Below are positions 1 to 9,728 of a stretch of DNA of 64,000 bases, in pieces. Source of the DNA: an uncultured Commensalibacter sp. (GTDB taxonomy: Bacteria > Pseudomonadota > Alphaproteobacteria > Acetobacterales > Acetobacteraceae); the NCBI GenBank assembly GCA_945266285.1, contig CALYOP010000004.1:29615-93614 (forward strand), in the 5' to 3' direction. Position numbers and translations under genes: made by a program. Within the stretch, counting starts at the first letter, position 1. Each line of letters opens with the position of its first letter. The notes below the pieces were generated by a model, which worked only from the letters and a program-made list of their open reading frames with translations, was not told the DNA's origin and ran no database searches.

Positions 1-1
1 T

Positions 2-1314
2 GTAACAACGGCAAAAGCTTGGGAAAGCTTATCTAAATTTGAAAATTATGATTATGTTTGGAACTTAATACAACTCTTTAATCCAAAAACAGAAAATTTC
101 CCAGATGATAAAAAATTAAATCATACTACGCGCGATATAAATGCACATTTTACACAAGGCCGAGAATATTTTCGAAATGCAGAACAGGCGGCCTTAATAA
201 CCAAACCCTTATTATTTTATTATGGTGTTTTGGCTCTGGCTCGGGGTTCAATTTCATTACTTAATGCTGATAATGCGAATTTTACACGTGCATTTGGCCA
301 CGGTTTGTGTTTGCAAGATAGCAACCTTATGCAAGAAGAAAACGCTACAAAAAACAAATACGCTGTACAGAATGAAGATTTTATACCTAATCTCTTAGAC
401 ATCGGCGTAAAACGAGCTAAAAAAGCTGACAAAAAAATCAGGAGAAAAAATCAGGCACATTTGAAGAATTTGTGGATTGTATCGGAAACAATAATAATTT
501 TTCTATTGAGATAGATCCAGAAATATTCAAAACCCATTATGAAAAAATTAAGGCTGAAGAATCAAAAGCTTTACCCTTTTCCGTTAATTTTCCAGAAACA
601 AATTTCCTTAAAAAAGGGAATTACTTAATTACACTTGATGACTTGCTGTCTCGGGATAGCAGACTTGATCATATATATGTTTCTACATTATATGATAGAA
701 AAAATAGAATCTCAAAGTGTTTATTTACAAAGTTGGATATTTCCAAAGAATATAATGAAGATTGTTCGCTTAATTGTGGTTTCGATGTAAGGTTTATTGT
801 CGACATCATTAATGGAGACAAAGCTATAAAATCCTTAGGAAGGCTTTTCCTAAACCCCACCAAGGATGAGATTGCTGAAATGGCTTGGCTTAAGCGCAAA
901 ATCCCATTAGGAGACGAATTTTTTGATACCGCTAAACACAATGATAATTTTGAGAATAATTTTTCATCCTTACCTGCTATTCAAACACTTGACATAAATT
1001 CTTACCCTATAGAATATTATAAATATAAGCAAAGATATACGCAATTTGCTATTTTTAATTTTAATAACGGTGATTCTTTTTCGCTTTTACATATTACCTA
1101 TATGACAGCATATCTATTAGGTATGATCGCACGATATCATCCTTATCAATGGTCATCTTTACTTCGAGGAGAAAAAGGCAATCCTGGACAACCCGCCATT
1201 TTGCAAGCCATTCAAAATATTGAAAGAGATTTTCCTGTTCTCATCAATTCTGCACTTGAAGCAAAACGTTTAGAAAAAATGTTCGGAAAACCATCTATAG
1301 TGAAGTGGCATTAA
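2..1314 (+). pseudogene. YaaC-like family protein; 5' end cut by the window edge and reading frame broken once around 430-450
   Basis: Frame 2 is open from nt 2 to the stop at 512-514 (...EQAALITKPLLFYYGVLALARG...GHGL...). Frame 1 continues from 430 to 1314 (...SLLHITYMTAYLLGMIARYHPYQWSSLL...). Both blocks match the conserved N- and C-terminal motifs I recall from B. subtilis YaaC (IKPILLFYGMIHLIKA; LILYNLSMIARYETEWW). The frame switch falls within A-runs 431-437 (A7) or 445-450 (A6). Confidence 0.75.
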
Positions 1315-2159
1315 AATTCTTCATACACCGCAGGATCTTGATTTTTCCGACGTCCATTATGTCTTGCCAATGTTGCAATTTCTTTCATGTCTTTTTCGAC
1401 AATTTCGAAATCAAAGATAGAACAATTTTCAATTTGCCGTTCATCAGAGGTTGCTTTGGGAAGAGGAATAGCACCTAATTGGATATGCCAACGTAAAATA
1501 AGTTGCGGTATCGTTTTGTTATAATGACTTGCTATTTCCTGCAATAAAACATGATGTATCAAACCGTTATCGCGACCCAAAGGGCTCCAGGATTCAGTAA
1601 CAATCCCTAGTTTCTGGTTATAAGCACGTTGTTCATTCTGCGGAAAATGTGGATGTAATTCGATTTGATTAATGCTTGGAACAACTCCAGTTTCTTCAAT
1701 CAAGCGATCCAAATGTTCAGGAAGAAAATTGGACACCCCAATTGATCGAATCATTCCCCGTTTTTTTGCTTCTATCAAAGCCTGCCATGCTTCAACATAA
1801 TGCCCTTGAATAGGGTTAGGCCAATGAATTAAATAAAGGTCATAATATTCCAGCTGCGCACGATAAAGCGATTCCTGAACCGTATTTAACGCTTCTTTAT
1901 AAAAATGACGCCGACCTGGCAATTTCGAAGTAATCCGCAAATCGCTTCTGGGTTTACTGGTGTGCCGGATGGCTTCGCCAACGGCACCTTCATTTTCGTA
2001 ATTAAATGCGGAATCCAATAAATAATAGCCATTGTCAATGGCTCTAACCATCGTGTCGACGCCTTCGGCACCGTTAAGCTTATAGGTTCCAAAACCAATA
2101 GCAGGAATTTCCAGGCCATCATTTAATCTAATTTGTGGGATTTCCGACATTTTACTCAC
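1311..2159 (-). CDS. Aldo/keto reductase (DkgA/YvgN-like)
   Basis: 282-aa ORF. Motifs IPAIGFGTYKL, AIDNGYYLLDSAFNYENEGAVGEAI and LYLIHWP are typical of the AKR superfamily. Its end overlaps the end of the convergent YaaC-like gene by 4 nt. Confidence 0.9.
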   Translation of the reverse strand: MSKMSEIPQIRLNDGLEIPAIGFGTYKLNGAEGVDTMVRAIDNGYYLLDSAFNYENEGAVGEAIRHTSKPRSDLRITSKLPGRRHFYKEALNTVQESLYRAQLEYYDLYLIHWPNPIQGHYVEAWQALIEAKKRGMIRSIGVSNFLPEHLDRLIEETGVVPSINQIELHPHFPQNEQRAYNQKLGIVTESWSPLGRDNGLIHHVLLQEIASHYNKTIPQLILRWHIQLGAIPLPKATSDERQIENCSIFDFEIVEKDMKEIATLARHNGRRKNQDPAVYEEF

Positions 2160-2205
2160 TAACTAACCCATTACTTTAAGATTTCAATTTATAAAAACAC
2201 CCACC

Positions 2206-4113
2206 TTATTGGCAAGCCAGGCATTCTTCATAATCCGTTGAAGCATTTTTATCTTTTTGATCAGATAGGACTTCTGTTTTAATTGCCAAATTACTTACGG
2301 TATCGGCTCTTTGAATAGATAAAGAACGGCAATAATACAAAGACTTCATCCCTTTTTTCCAAGCCTGATAATGCATTTGATGCAAATCCCGTTTATGCAC
2401 ATTGGCTGGCACAAACAAATTGACCGATTGCGATTGGCAGATAAAGGGAGAACGATCCGCGGCATGTTCAATAACCCAACGTTGATCAAGTTCAAAAGCC
2501 GTTTTGAAAACGTCCTTTTCATCCTGTGTCAAGAAATCAAGATGCTGAACACTCCCTTTGTTCAAGGTAATAGAAGACCAAACTTCATCCGTGTCTTTGC
2601 CTTTTTCTTGCAATAATTTCCGTAAATGGCGATTTCTAACGGTAAAAGAACCCGAAAGCGTTTTTTGTAAGAATACATTGGCGGTGATGGGCTCAATACC
2701 AGGGCTTGCATTTCCTGCAATAATCGAAATTGATGCCGTCGGTGCAATCGCCATCTTGTTTGAAAACCGCTCGTGAATTCCATAATCTTCAGCATCGGGG
2801 CAAGCACCCCGTTCATCCGCCAACACTTTTGAGGCTAAATCAGCCTGTTCCCGGATATGGCGAAACATCCGTTTATTCCATACCTTAGCCATAACGCTTT
2901 CAAATGGGATCTTATTTGCTTGTAAGAAGGAATGGAAACCCATAACCCCAAGTCCCACCGACCGTTCCCGTGAAGCCGCATAACGCGCGCGTTCCATTTC
3001 ATCTGGGGCACGATCAATAAAGTCCTGCAAGACATTATCAAGGAATTTCATAATATCTGGGATAAATTGCGGATTTTCAGACCATTGAGACCAATATTCG
3101 ACATTTAATGATGATAAACAGCATACGGCTGTTCTGGCTTTTCCTTTATGATCAATACCGGTAGGCAAGGTTATTTCGGCACATAGATTCGAAGTTTTCA
3201 CTTCCAATCCTGCCAATTTATGATGTTCAGGGCGCGCATTATTAACCGTATCCGAGAAAACAATATAAGGTTCGCCCTGTTCAATACGCGTTGTCAGTAA
3301 ACGGATCCACAAATCCCGTGCTGAAACTTTGCGAATAACGCTTTGATCTTTTGGTGAAACCAAAGCCCATTCTTCATTTTTCTCAACCGCACGCATAAAA
3401 GCATCAGAAACAAGAACCCCATGATGCAAGTTCAATGCTTTTCGGTTCGGGTCACCACCGGTTGGGCGGCGTAATTCGATAAATTCTTCGATTTCTGGAT
3501 GCCAGACAGGCAAATAAACCGCAGCCGATCCACGACGCAAAGAACCTTGGCTAATTGCCAAAGTTAAGCTGTCCATAACACGGATAAAAGGAATAACCCC
3601 CGAAGTTTTTCCGTTACGGCTGACATTTTCACCGATTGAGCGCAAATTACCCCAATAGGAACCAATCCCACCGCCCCGAGATGCCAACCATACATTTTCA
3701 TTCCACAGCTCGACAATTCCCTTAAGGCTATCTTCGGCCTCATTCAAAAAACAGGAAATGGGCAGTCCCCGCGATGTTCCACCATTCGATAGAACCGGCG
3801 TTGCTGGCATGAACCAATGTTGAGACATATAGTCATATAATCTTTGCGCGTGTGCAGCATCGCTACCGTAATAAGAGGCCACTCGCGCAAACAATTCTTG
3901 ATAACTTTCATCTTCCATCAAATAACGATCATCCAGCGTGGCCTTACCAAATGCCGTTAATAACGCATCCCGCGAACGGTCAATCTTAACCTGGTAACGA
4001 CCGTAAAGCTGTACAGGGCCTGCCAAAGCATCCATAAAGGGCTGACCTATGTTATCCTGCTCTTTTGATGCTGATTTTAATGACATTTTCCCAAGCAGAT
4101 TGATCTGATTCAT
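2206..4113 (-). CDS. nrdA: Ribonucleoside-diphosphate reductase alpha subunit, class I type without ATP-cone
   Basis: 635-aa ORF. Active-site loop SNLCAEITLPT resembles E. coli NrdA SNLCLEIALPT. It has the tyrosine pair KSLYYCRS and a C-terminal redox pair CLAC. No nrdB is adjacent in this window. Confidence 0.88.
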   Translation of the reverse strand: MNQINLLGKMSLKSASKEQDNIGQPFMDALAGPVQLYGRYQVKIDRSRDALLTAFGKATLDDRYLMEDESYQELFARVASYYGSDAAHAQRLYDYMSQHWFMPATPVLSNGGTSRGLPISCFLNEAEDSLKGIVELWNENVWLASRGGGIGSYWGNLRSIGENVSRNGKTSGVIPFIRVMDSLTLAISQGSLRRGSAAVYLPVWHPEIEEFIELRRPTGGDPNRKALNLHHGVLVSDAFMRAVEKNEEWALVSPKDQSVIRKVSARDLWIRLLTTRIEQGEPYIVFSDTVNNARPEHHKLAGLEVKTSNLCAEITLPTGIDHKGKARTAVCCLSSLNVEYWSQWSENPQFIPDIMKFLDNVLQDFIDRAPDEMERARYAASRERSVGLGVMGFHSFLQANKIPFESVMAKVWNKRMFRHIREQADLASKVLADERGACPDAEDYGIHERFSNKMAIAPTASISIIAGNASPGIEPITANVFLQKTLSGSFTVRNRHLRKLLQEKGKDTDEVWSSITLNKGSVQHLDFLTQDEKDVFKTAFELDQRWVIEHAADRSPFICQSQSVNLFVPANVHKRDLHQMHYQAWKKGMKSLYYCRSLSIQRADTVSNLAIKTEVLSDQKDKNASTDYEECLACQ

Positions 4114-4139
4114 TGCCCTCAGTCCCTCATGCGTCTTAT

Positions 4140-4186
4140 ACGCTATATCTTGTATTTGATTTATGATTTTCAGCTATATGCTGTTT
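4140..4186. promoter_or_regulatory. Putative tandem NrdR boxes upstream of nrdA
   Basis: acgCTATATcttGtat (4140-4155) matches 13/16 of the recalled NrdR consensus acaCwAtATaTwGtgt. cagCTATATgctGttt (4171-4186) matches 10/16. The box starts are 31 bp apart, which is the phasing typical of NrdR operators. They lie 27-73 nt upstream of the nrdA ATG. Confidence 0.4.
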
Positions 4187-4351
4187 TATCAAGCCCTGGC
4201 AAGTCAAACTTGCAGATCATTACCAGAAAGATTTTTATCTTGTTTGGCAGTGTAACATTTATGGTATCAACCGTTCGTGCGAAATCAACAAATAAATCAG
4301 TTAGAAAGAATAAGAATAAAATTGTTGAGATTCAATTTTTCAAAATTTGTA

Positions 4352-5134
4352 TCAATTTATAACGAATACGCAATTTTTAAATCCCAGAATGTTATTGATC
4401 AAATTCTTCTCTTCATCATTTAATTGAATCTCATTCAAAAGATCATCATCCAAGAGATTTTCAAGCGCATCATAAAATTTTGAGGTGACGACTTGATTAT
4501 GTAGCGTTTTGCTGACAATGCGTGATTTTATTTCTTGATCCGTATCAAGGTAATAGGACTGCATAGCCTTAGCGAACGTTAACAATTTCTGCGGATCATT
4601 TAGAAACGAATCTGTCCAATTTTTAACTTCGCTATCACCGTTATCCTTAAATTTTCTCCAAAATAGCAATATATTGAGCAAATTATATTGAGTTAATAGG
4701 GTTCCTTGGTCTTTCGCTTCGTCGATTTTTTCTAAAGCACGTTTTTGAAACGCTAAAATAGAATCTTCTCTTACAAAGCTCTCTATTGAGTAATTAAGGT
4801 CAATTATTCGTTGAAATCCTCCACTTGCGATTGTTTTTCCAATTCTCTTCATTATGTTAAATTTTTCTAAATTACTTAATTGATTCCTCTCCTCTTTATT
4901 TAGCAATTTTTTTCCATATGTTAAAAATTGATCATGTAGGTAGTTAATAAAGGAGATATACCAACCTAATCCTGCCGTCGAGGTAATATTATCAAGTAAT
5001 AGATCTTCACGATCTTTCTGGAGGAAAAAATTCGATGTAAGATCACTGATCAAACGTATATAAATATCAAATAAATTTTCTCCTATTTGAAAATATATGT
5101 TTTTTTGAGTATAAATTTTTTCCAAAAATTTCAT
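4352..5134 (-). CDS. Hypothetical protein; probably the frameshifted C-terminal part of the upstream KAP NTPase
   Basis: 260-aa ORF overlapping the upstream ORF by 68 nt, with no Shine-Dalgarno sequence before its ATG. Deleting one A from the A7 tract (T7 on the + strand, 5100-5106) joins ...NLYSK to NIYFQIGENLF... in a single frame. Very low GC. Confidence 0.55.
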   Translation of the reverse strand: MKFLEKIYTQKNIYFQIGENLFDIYIRLISDLTSNFFLQKDREDLLLDNITSTAGLGWYISFINYLHDQFLTYGKKLLNKEERNQLSNLEKFNIMKRIGKTIASGGFQRIIDLNYSIESFVREDSILAFQKRALEKIDEAKDQGTLLTQYNLLNILLFWRKFKDNGDSEVKNWTDSFLNDPQKLLTFAKAMQSYYLDTDQEIKSRIVSKTLHNQVVTSKFYDALENLLDDDLLNEIQLNDEEKNLINNILGFKNCVFVIN

Positions 5135-6596
5135 ATAGCTCTAAAAGCGCTTTTATAACGGGTTCTATATTTTCTTTACTACTATTTGAGCGACACATCA
5201 TCAAAATGTAGAAATAGTCCGTAACTTTATGTGTACCTTGTCCTTGATCATTAGCAATAGCTTTTATAAATTCTGTTTTTATGAATTGAGAACCATCCTC
5301 TTCTCCGAAAAGATTAAGAATATTATTCTTAGCAGAAATATTATATTGAGGTTGTAACTTTAAATAAGTTATAAGATTATAATAAATACAAACTCTCTTT
5401 TTAACACATTCATAAGCAGAATTAATTATTCTATCAGATCGAATTGGAAATATTAGTTCAAGAATAATTTTTGCCTTTTCTTGACGTACGTGTAAAATTT
5501 CCTTTAAAATTAAATCAAACAATACTTCTTTATTAATTATATTTTTATTTAAAAAATATGCATTCTCTTTTATAGCTATAAAAAGCTTTGGTTCATACAG
5601 TCTAATAATTTCTAATGCAATAAAATCAGCAATATTTATCTCGTTTACAATCATCGGCCATGTTAAACGGATTGCATTCTGCAAACGCACAACATGACGT
5701 GGCGTCGTAATATAAATTGGGATTATCTGATTAATTACTGTCTCATAATAATCTAGATCATCTTGATGAGGCAACCCACAAATTTCCTCAATATTTTTCT
5801 TAGTTGCATTTATTAATTGAGCTTTAGATGGTGTAGGAAAGTCAAAATTAACTTGTATAATTTTTTCTAGATATTGCGCTCCCTCAGCGGGAAATTTATC
5901 ACTAACTACCTTTTCAGCCACCTCTCGATCAAAAGCCAATAGATAAAGAACATTTGGCAAGCGTCCAATAGTTTTAATCAACCGAAACATAGCCAACATT
6001 TCATCCGGAGCAAGACGATCCATATCGTCTATAATGATTAAAAAACGTCGGTTTTCTGAGGATAGCTTTTCATTCAATTCTTTGAAAAGCTCTTCAAGTG
6101 TTTCTTTCTTTTCCAAGAAGTTTTCTTTTAGCGATTGTAAAAGACGCTTACTAGATTGCTTAGGTAATACCCCTGAAGTTAATAAACTAAGCCCATTGCT
6201 TATGAACGGCTCGGTTAGTTGAAGGACTTCAATAGCTATTTTTTTGACTTTTTCCCGCGTCTCAGCATCATTCCCTAAAAAAGCAATCAGTTCTTTTAAA
6301 AAAGCTATCGCTAAAGCTTCTTCACCACGAAACCACCAGCATTTAAATTCGGATATCATTACTGGTGAATCGTTTTTTTCATTCTGCGTATCGTTTCCGA
6401 TTTGATTGCTTAAATATGATTTTACCAAATTAATAGTACTGCTTTTCCCAGATCCCCACTCTCCAGACAAAGCAATTGTTGTTCCCACTGGATTTTTAAT
6501 ATTTAAAATTCCTTTTGCTAGTCTTTCAGCAAAAGGTGCCATTCCATATAAATCCTGATCTGTGTTTTCGATTGGTTTATCATTAAAATCTGTCAT
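5067..6596 (-). CDS. KAP-family P-loop NTPase (N-terminal ORF containing the whole NTPase domain)
   Basis: 509-aa ORF. Walker A is ALSGEWGSGKSS. The KAP-type Walker B region is RFLIIIDDMDRLAPDEMLAMFRLIKTIGRLPNVLYLLAFD. A hand count of one 60-nt line (5401-5460) gives 15/60 G+C, against about 27-30/60 in dcw lines. Confidence 0.85.
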   Translation of the reverse strand: MTDFNDKPIENTDQDLYGMAPFAERLAKGILNIKNPVGTTIALSGEWGSGKSSTINLVKSYLSNQIGNDTQNEKNDSPVMISEFKCWWFRGEEALAIAFLKELIAFLGNDAETREKVKKIAIEVLQLTEPFISNGLSLLTSGVLPKQSSKRLLQSLKENFLEKKETLEELFKELNEKLSSENRRFLIIIDDMDRLAPDEMLAMFRLIKTIGRLPNVLYLLAFDREVAEKVVSDKFPAEGAQYLEKIIQVNFDFPTPSKAQLINATKKNIEEICGLPHQDDLDYYETVINQIIPIYITTPRHVVRLQNAIRLTWPMIVNEINIADFIALEIIRLYEPKLFIAIKENAYFLNKNIINKEVLFDLILKEILHVRQEKAKIILELIFPIRSDRIINSAYECVKKRVCIYYNLITYLKLQPQYNISAKNNILNLFGEEDGSQFIKTEFIKAIANDQGQGTHKVTDYFYILMMCRSNSSKENIEPVIKALLELYEIFGKNLYSKKHIFSNRRKFI

Positions 6597-6750
6597 TTAG
6601 GGAATTTCTCAGCTTTATATTAATCAATATTAAAAATAATTTTTATAAATAGTTAATATATCAAAATAAATCCTAATTGTGAAAACCAAATAAACAATTT
6701 ATTTGGTTTTATGTTATCGAATATAATTAAAACATTGACGATTTACTAAA

Positions 6751-6778
6751 AATAAAAAATCCCGCACGAATGCGGGAT
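6751..6778 (-). terminator. Rho-independent terminator of guaA
   Basis: Stem atcccgca (6759-6766), loop cgaa, stem tgcgggat (6771-6778). On the minus strand it is followed by a T-run (the + strand A-run 6751-6759). Confidence 0.8.
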
Positions 6779-6822
6779 TAATTCTACTTAATTATAATGA
6801 TCATTATTTGCAAAACGGCAAT

Positions 6823-8412
6823 CTATTCCCATTCAATAGTTCCAGGCGGTTTGGAAGTAATATCATAAGTGACACGATTAATGCCTTTAACCTCGTTAAC
6901 GATACGATTAGCAACGCGCGTTAAAAAACTCATATCAAAGGGAAAGACATCGGCAGTCATTCCATCAGTACTGGTCACCGCACGTAAAGCACAAGCTTGA
7001 TCATAGGTTCGACCGTCGCCCATTACCCCTACCGTACGAACAGGCAATAAAACAGCAAAAGCCTGCCAGATTGCATCATAGAGATTGGCATTGCGGATTT
7101 CTTCCAAAAAGATCGTATCAATCCGACGTAATAATTCCAATTTCTCGCGGTCAATTGTTCCAAGAATCCGAATAGCAAGACCTGGCCCTGGGAAAGGATG
7201 ACGACCGACGATATTTTCAGGGATATCCAATTCTCTACCCAAAGCACGGACTTCATCTTTAAATAATTCACGCAACGGTTCAACCAGTTTCATTTTCATG
7301 CGTTCTGGCAAACCACCCACATTATGATGCGATTTAATAGTGACCGATGGGCCTCCTGTGACGCTAATGCTTTCAATTACATCGGGATATAATGTGCCTT
7401 GAGCAAGGAAATCTGCACCACCAAGCTTTGATGCTTCTTGTTCGAAAACTTCTATAAATAAACGACCTATCGTTTTGCGTTTGATTTCGGGATCACGAAC
7501 ATCTTTAAGCGCATTCAAAAACAAATCCGATGCATCGCGTTTGATCAAAGGAATATTGAAACGTTCGGTAAACGTCTTTACAACTTCATCCACTTCACCT
7601 GCGCGTAACATACCGTGATCAACAAAAATACAAGTTAACTGTTCACCAATAGCACGATGAATCAGAACGGCAGCAACGGCCGAATCAACGCCTCCTGAAA
7701 GGGCGCAGATAACCCGTTTATTGCCAACTTGTTCACGAATACGTTCTATTTCCAAATCACGAAAGCCAGCCATCGTCCAATTCCCATGACAACCAGCGAC
7801 ATTATGGGTAAAATTCTTTAATAATGCAGCACCATGTGGCGTATGAACGACCTCTGGATGGAATTGAACACCATATAAACGACGTCCTTCATCAGCGATT
7901 ATCGCATAAGGCGCACCTTCACTTACACCCACCACTTTAAAACCTGGTGGAATAGCAGTTACGCGATCACCATGGCTCATCCATACTTGTTCACGTTCCC
8001 CTCTTGCCCAAACACCACGGCAAAGCGCACAGTCTTCGGTGATTTCAACATGGGCACGGCCAAATTCACGATAATCAGCACTTTCGACTTTACCACCCAA
8101 TTGTTGGCACATGGCCTGTTGCCCATAACAGATTCCCAATATCGGAATATTCATTGCAAATATTTCATTAGGAATACGTGGGGCATCAGCTTCGCAAACG
8201 CTTGCTGGACCACCGGATAAAATAACCCCTTTAGGCGCAAAATTTTTGATCTTTTCAGAAGAAGCAGTATAAGGCCATATTTCACAGTAAACGCCACTTT
8301 CACGCACACGACGGGCAATAAGCTGCGTTACCTGACTGCCAAAATCAAGAATAAGGATTCGTTCATTGTGTAAAGATTGCTCAAGTTCGGCAATAGACGT
8401 TGTCATATCCAC
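6823..8412 (-). CDS. guaA: GMP synthase (glutamine-hydrolysing)
   Basis: 529-aa ORF. It has a GATase domain ([14 protein letters not shown]), an ATP-PPase SGGVDS motif and the C-terminal ...KPPGTIEWE end. Confidence 0.97.
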   Translation of the reverse strand: MDMTTSIAELEQSLHNERILILDFGSQVTQLIARRVRESGVYCEIWPYTASSEKIKNFAPKGVILSGGPASVCEADAPRIPNEIFAMNIPILGICYGQQAMCQQLGGKVESADYREFGRAHVEITEDCALCRGVWARGEREQVWMSHGDRVTAIPPGFKVVGVSEGAPYAIIADEGRRLYGVQFHPEVVHTPHGAALLKNFTHNVAGCHGNWTMAGFRDLEIERIREQVGNKRVICALSGGVDSAVAAVLIHRAIGEQLTCIFVDHGMLRAGEVDEVVKTFTERFNIPLIKRDASDLFLNALKDVRDPEIKRKTIGRLFIEVFEQEASKLGGADFLAQGTLYPDVIESISVTGGPSVTIKSHHNVGGLPERMKMKLVEPLRELFKDEVRALGRELDIPENIVGRHPFPGPGLAIRILGTIDREKLELLRRIDTIFLEEIRNANLYDAIWQAFAVLLPVRTVGVMGDGRTYDQACALRAVTSTDGMTADVFPFDMSFLTRVANRIVNEVKGINRVTYDITSKPPGTIEWE

Positions 8413-8561
8413 TTCTTTCTAAAAAATGAGGAACTCTATATTTAAATAACATAGGAAATTAAAAAAAAATCAGATAGAATTTTATTTTTTTAAATATCGG
8501 GATGTTTTTCTCGTTATAATTTCGTTGACTGATTCCTATCAGACCTAGTCTTTGTAATATA

Positions 8562-9026
8562 ATGATCTTGCTGGAGCTTTCTATGGTTAAAATTAAATTA
8601 AATTATTCCAAGATCAAAGCGACCTTGATGGGTAGTGCTTTATTAACACTGGTTGCCTGTGGTGGTGGAAATAATTTAGCTGAAAGACATCCAGAAGGTG
8701 TATGGCTAGGGAGCCTTGTCACTGATCAAGGTTCTTGCCCTACGGAACATTTATCTGCCCTTCGAATTCAGAAAAAGGTTATTTTATTTTCTCCAGGTAA
8801 TGGTGCAATCATTTTACGTGGGAATTATAATTCAAAACTTCACCCAAGACATTTCACGGCTCGCCTTGATAAAGTAGGTATGGATCATAAGCCATATGTT
8901 CTTCTTTTTGATGGAAAACCCAAAGAAAATACTATCATTGGCACTTATGGAAATCCTGATTGTCGGGCTCATATTACCCTTTATCCGCCACGTCATTATG
9001 GGCTTTCAGAAGCAATTGCTCCATGA
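8562..9026 (+). CDS. Hypothetical lipoprotein
   Basis: The signal peptide carries a lipobox, LLTLVAC-GGG. Alternative starts are at 8583 and 8628. I recognised no family. Confidence 0.6.
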   Translation: MILLELSMVKIKLNYSKIKATLMGSALLTLVACGGGNNLAERHPEGVWLGSLVTDQGSCPTEHLSALRIQKKVILFSPGNGAIILRGNYNSKLHPRHFTARLDKVGMDHKPYVLLFDGKPKENTIIGTYGNPDCRAHITLYPPRHYGLSEAIAP

Positions 9027-9105
9027 TTTCGAAAAAATTTGTATTTTTTTGTCAAAAAAGCTTGCGACAATGATCAAGATCGAGTAAACACCGTCCAACA
9101 ACGAC

Positions 9106-9182
9106 GCACCCGTAGCTCAACTGGATAGAGCACCAGACTACGAATCTGGGGGTTAGGAGTTCGAGTCTTCTCGGGTGCGCCA
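9106..9182 (+). tRNA. tRNA-Arg (anticodon ACG)
   Basis: Cloverleaf read by hand. Acceptor stem is GCACCCG/CGGGTGC. Anticodon arm is CCAGA-CTACGAA-TCTGG. T-loop is TTCGAGT. The 3' CCA is encoded. Confidence 0.93.
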
Positions 9183-9347
9183 TTCTTTAAAGCCTGACGA
9201 TGAAATTCATGTTATAAATAAAGAATTTTACTCAGCGTTATTTATTTTTAAACATAAATAATTCAAGTTTGAAAATTCCATATAATTTATCCAATTTACG
9301 ATTTTATCTTTAATATATTTGATGCTCTTCCTATTATAAAAGGTTCA

Positions 9348-9725
9348 TTGATGCTCCTTTCTTCTGCCTCAATTCTCGTTTTAGAAGATCAGATAGAAAT
9401 ATGTGATCTAATCCAAATGGCTTTGGCACATGAAAGTAAAATTGTTTTCGTTGCTAATACTTTGGAAGAAGCAAAGAAAATCGTTGAAAGAGAAAAAATT
9501 GATCTCGCCATTGTGGATAGTGGCCTTCCAGATGGAAATCCTTTTACATTTATCAAAAAGCTTTTAAACAATCATTGTCGTGTAATTTCAATGAGTGGAA
9601 ATTTCGAGACAAACGAATTAATAGCCCAATTATCATTACCGCAACTCGAAAAACCTTTTCGCCTAAAAACCTTACTGGATATCACCCAGAAAACACTTAG
9701 CGATCCTGTTCCTATATTATTATAA
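9348..9725 (+). CDS. Stand-alone response-regulator receiver (CheY-like REC) protein
   Basis: 125-aa ORF. Acidic pocket LVLEDQ, phospho-acceptor LAIVDSGLPDG, S/T position VISMSG and the K-P pair LEKPF are all present. There is no output domain. Confidence 0.8.
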   Translation: MMLLSSASILVLEDQIEICDLIQMALAHESKIVFVANTLEEAKKIVEREKIDLAIVDSGLPDGNPFTFIKKLLNNHCRVISMSGNFETNELIAQLSLPQLEKPFRLKTLLDITQKTLSDPVPILL

Positions 9726-9728
9726 TTC

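Noticed and set aside
4129-4362. 77-aa ORF on the + strand in the nrdA upstream region
   Set aside because: It covers the nrdA promoter and NrdR-like boxes. It has no RBS and no recognisable sequence, so the region is more likely regulatory DNA.
6682-6710. Perfect 13-bp AT-only hairpin (aaaaccaaataaa / tttatttggtttt, 3-nt loop) between the guaA terminator and the KAP NTPase start
   Set aside because: It is not followed by a clear T-tract on either strand, and no gene ends there. I could not decide between a weak terminator, an insertion scar and chance in AT-rich DNA. It is mentioned only as context for the KAP locus.
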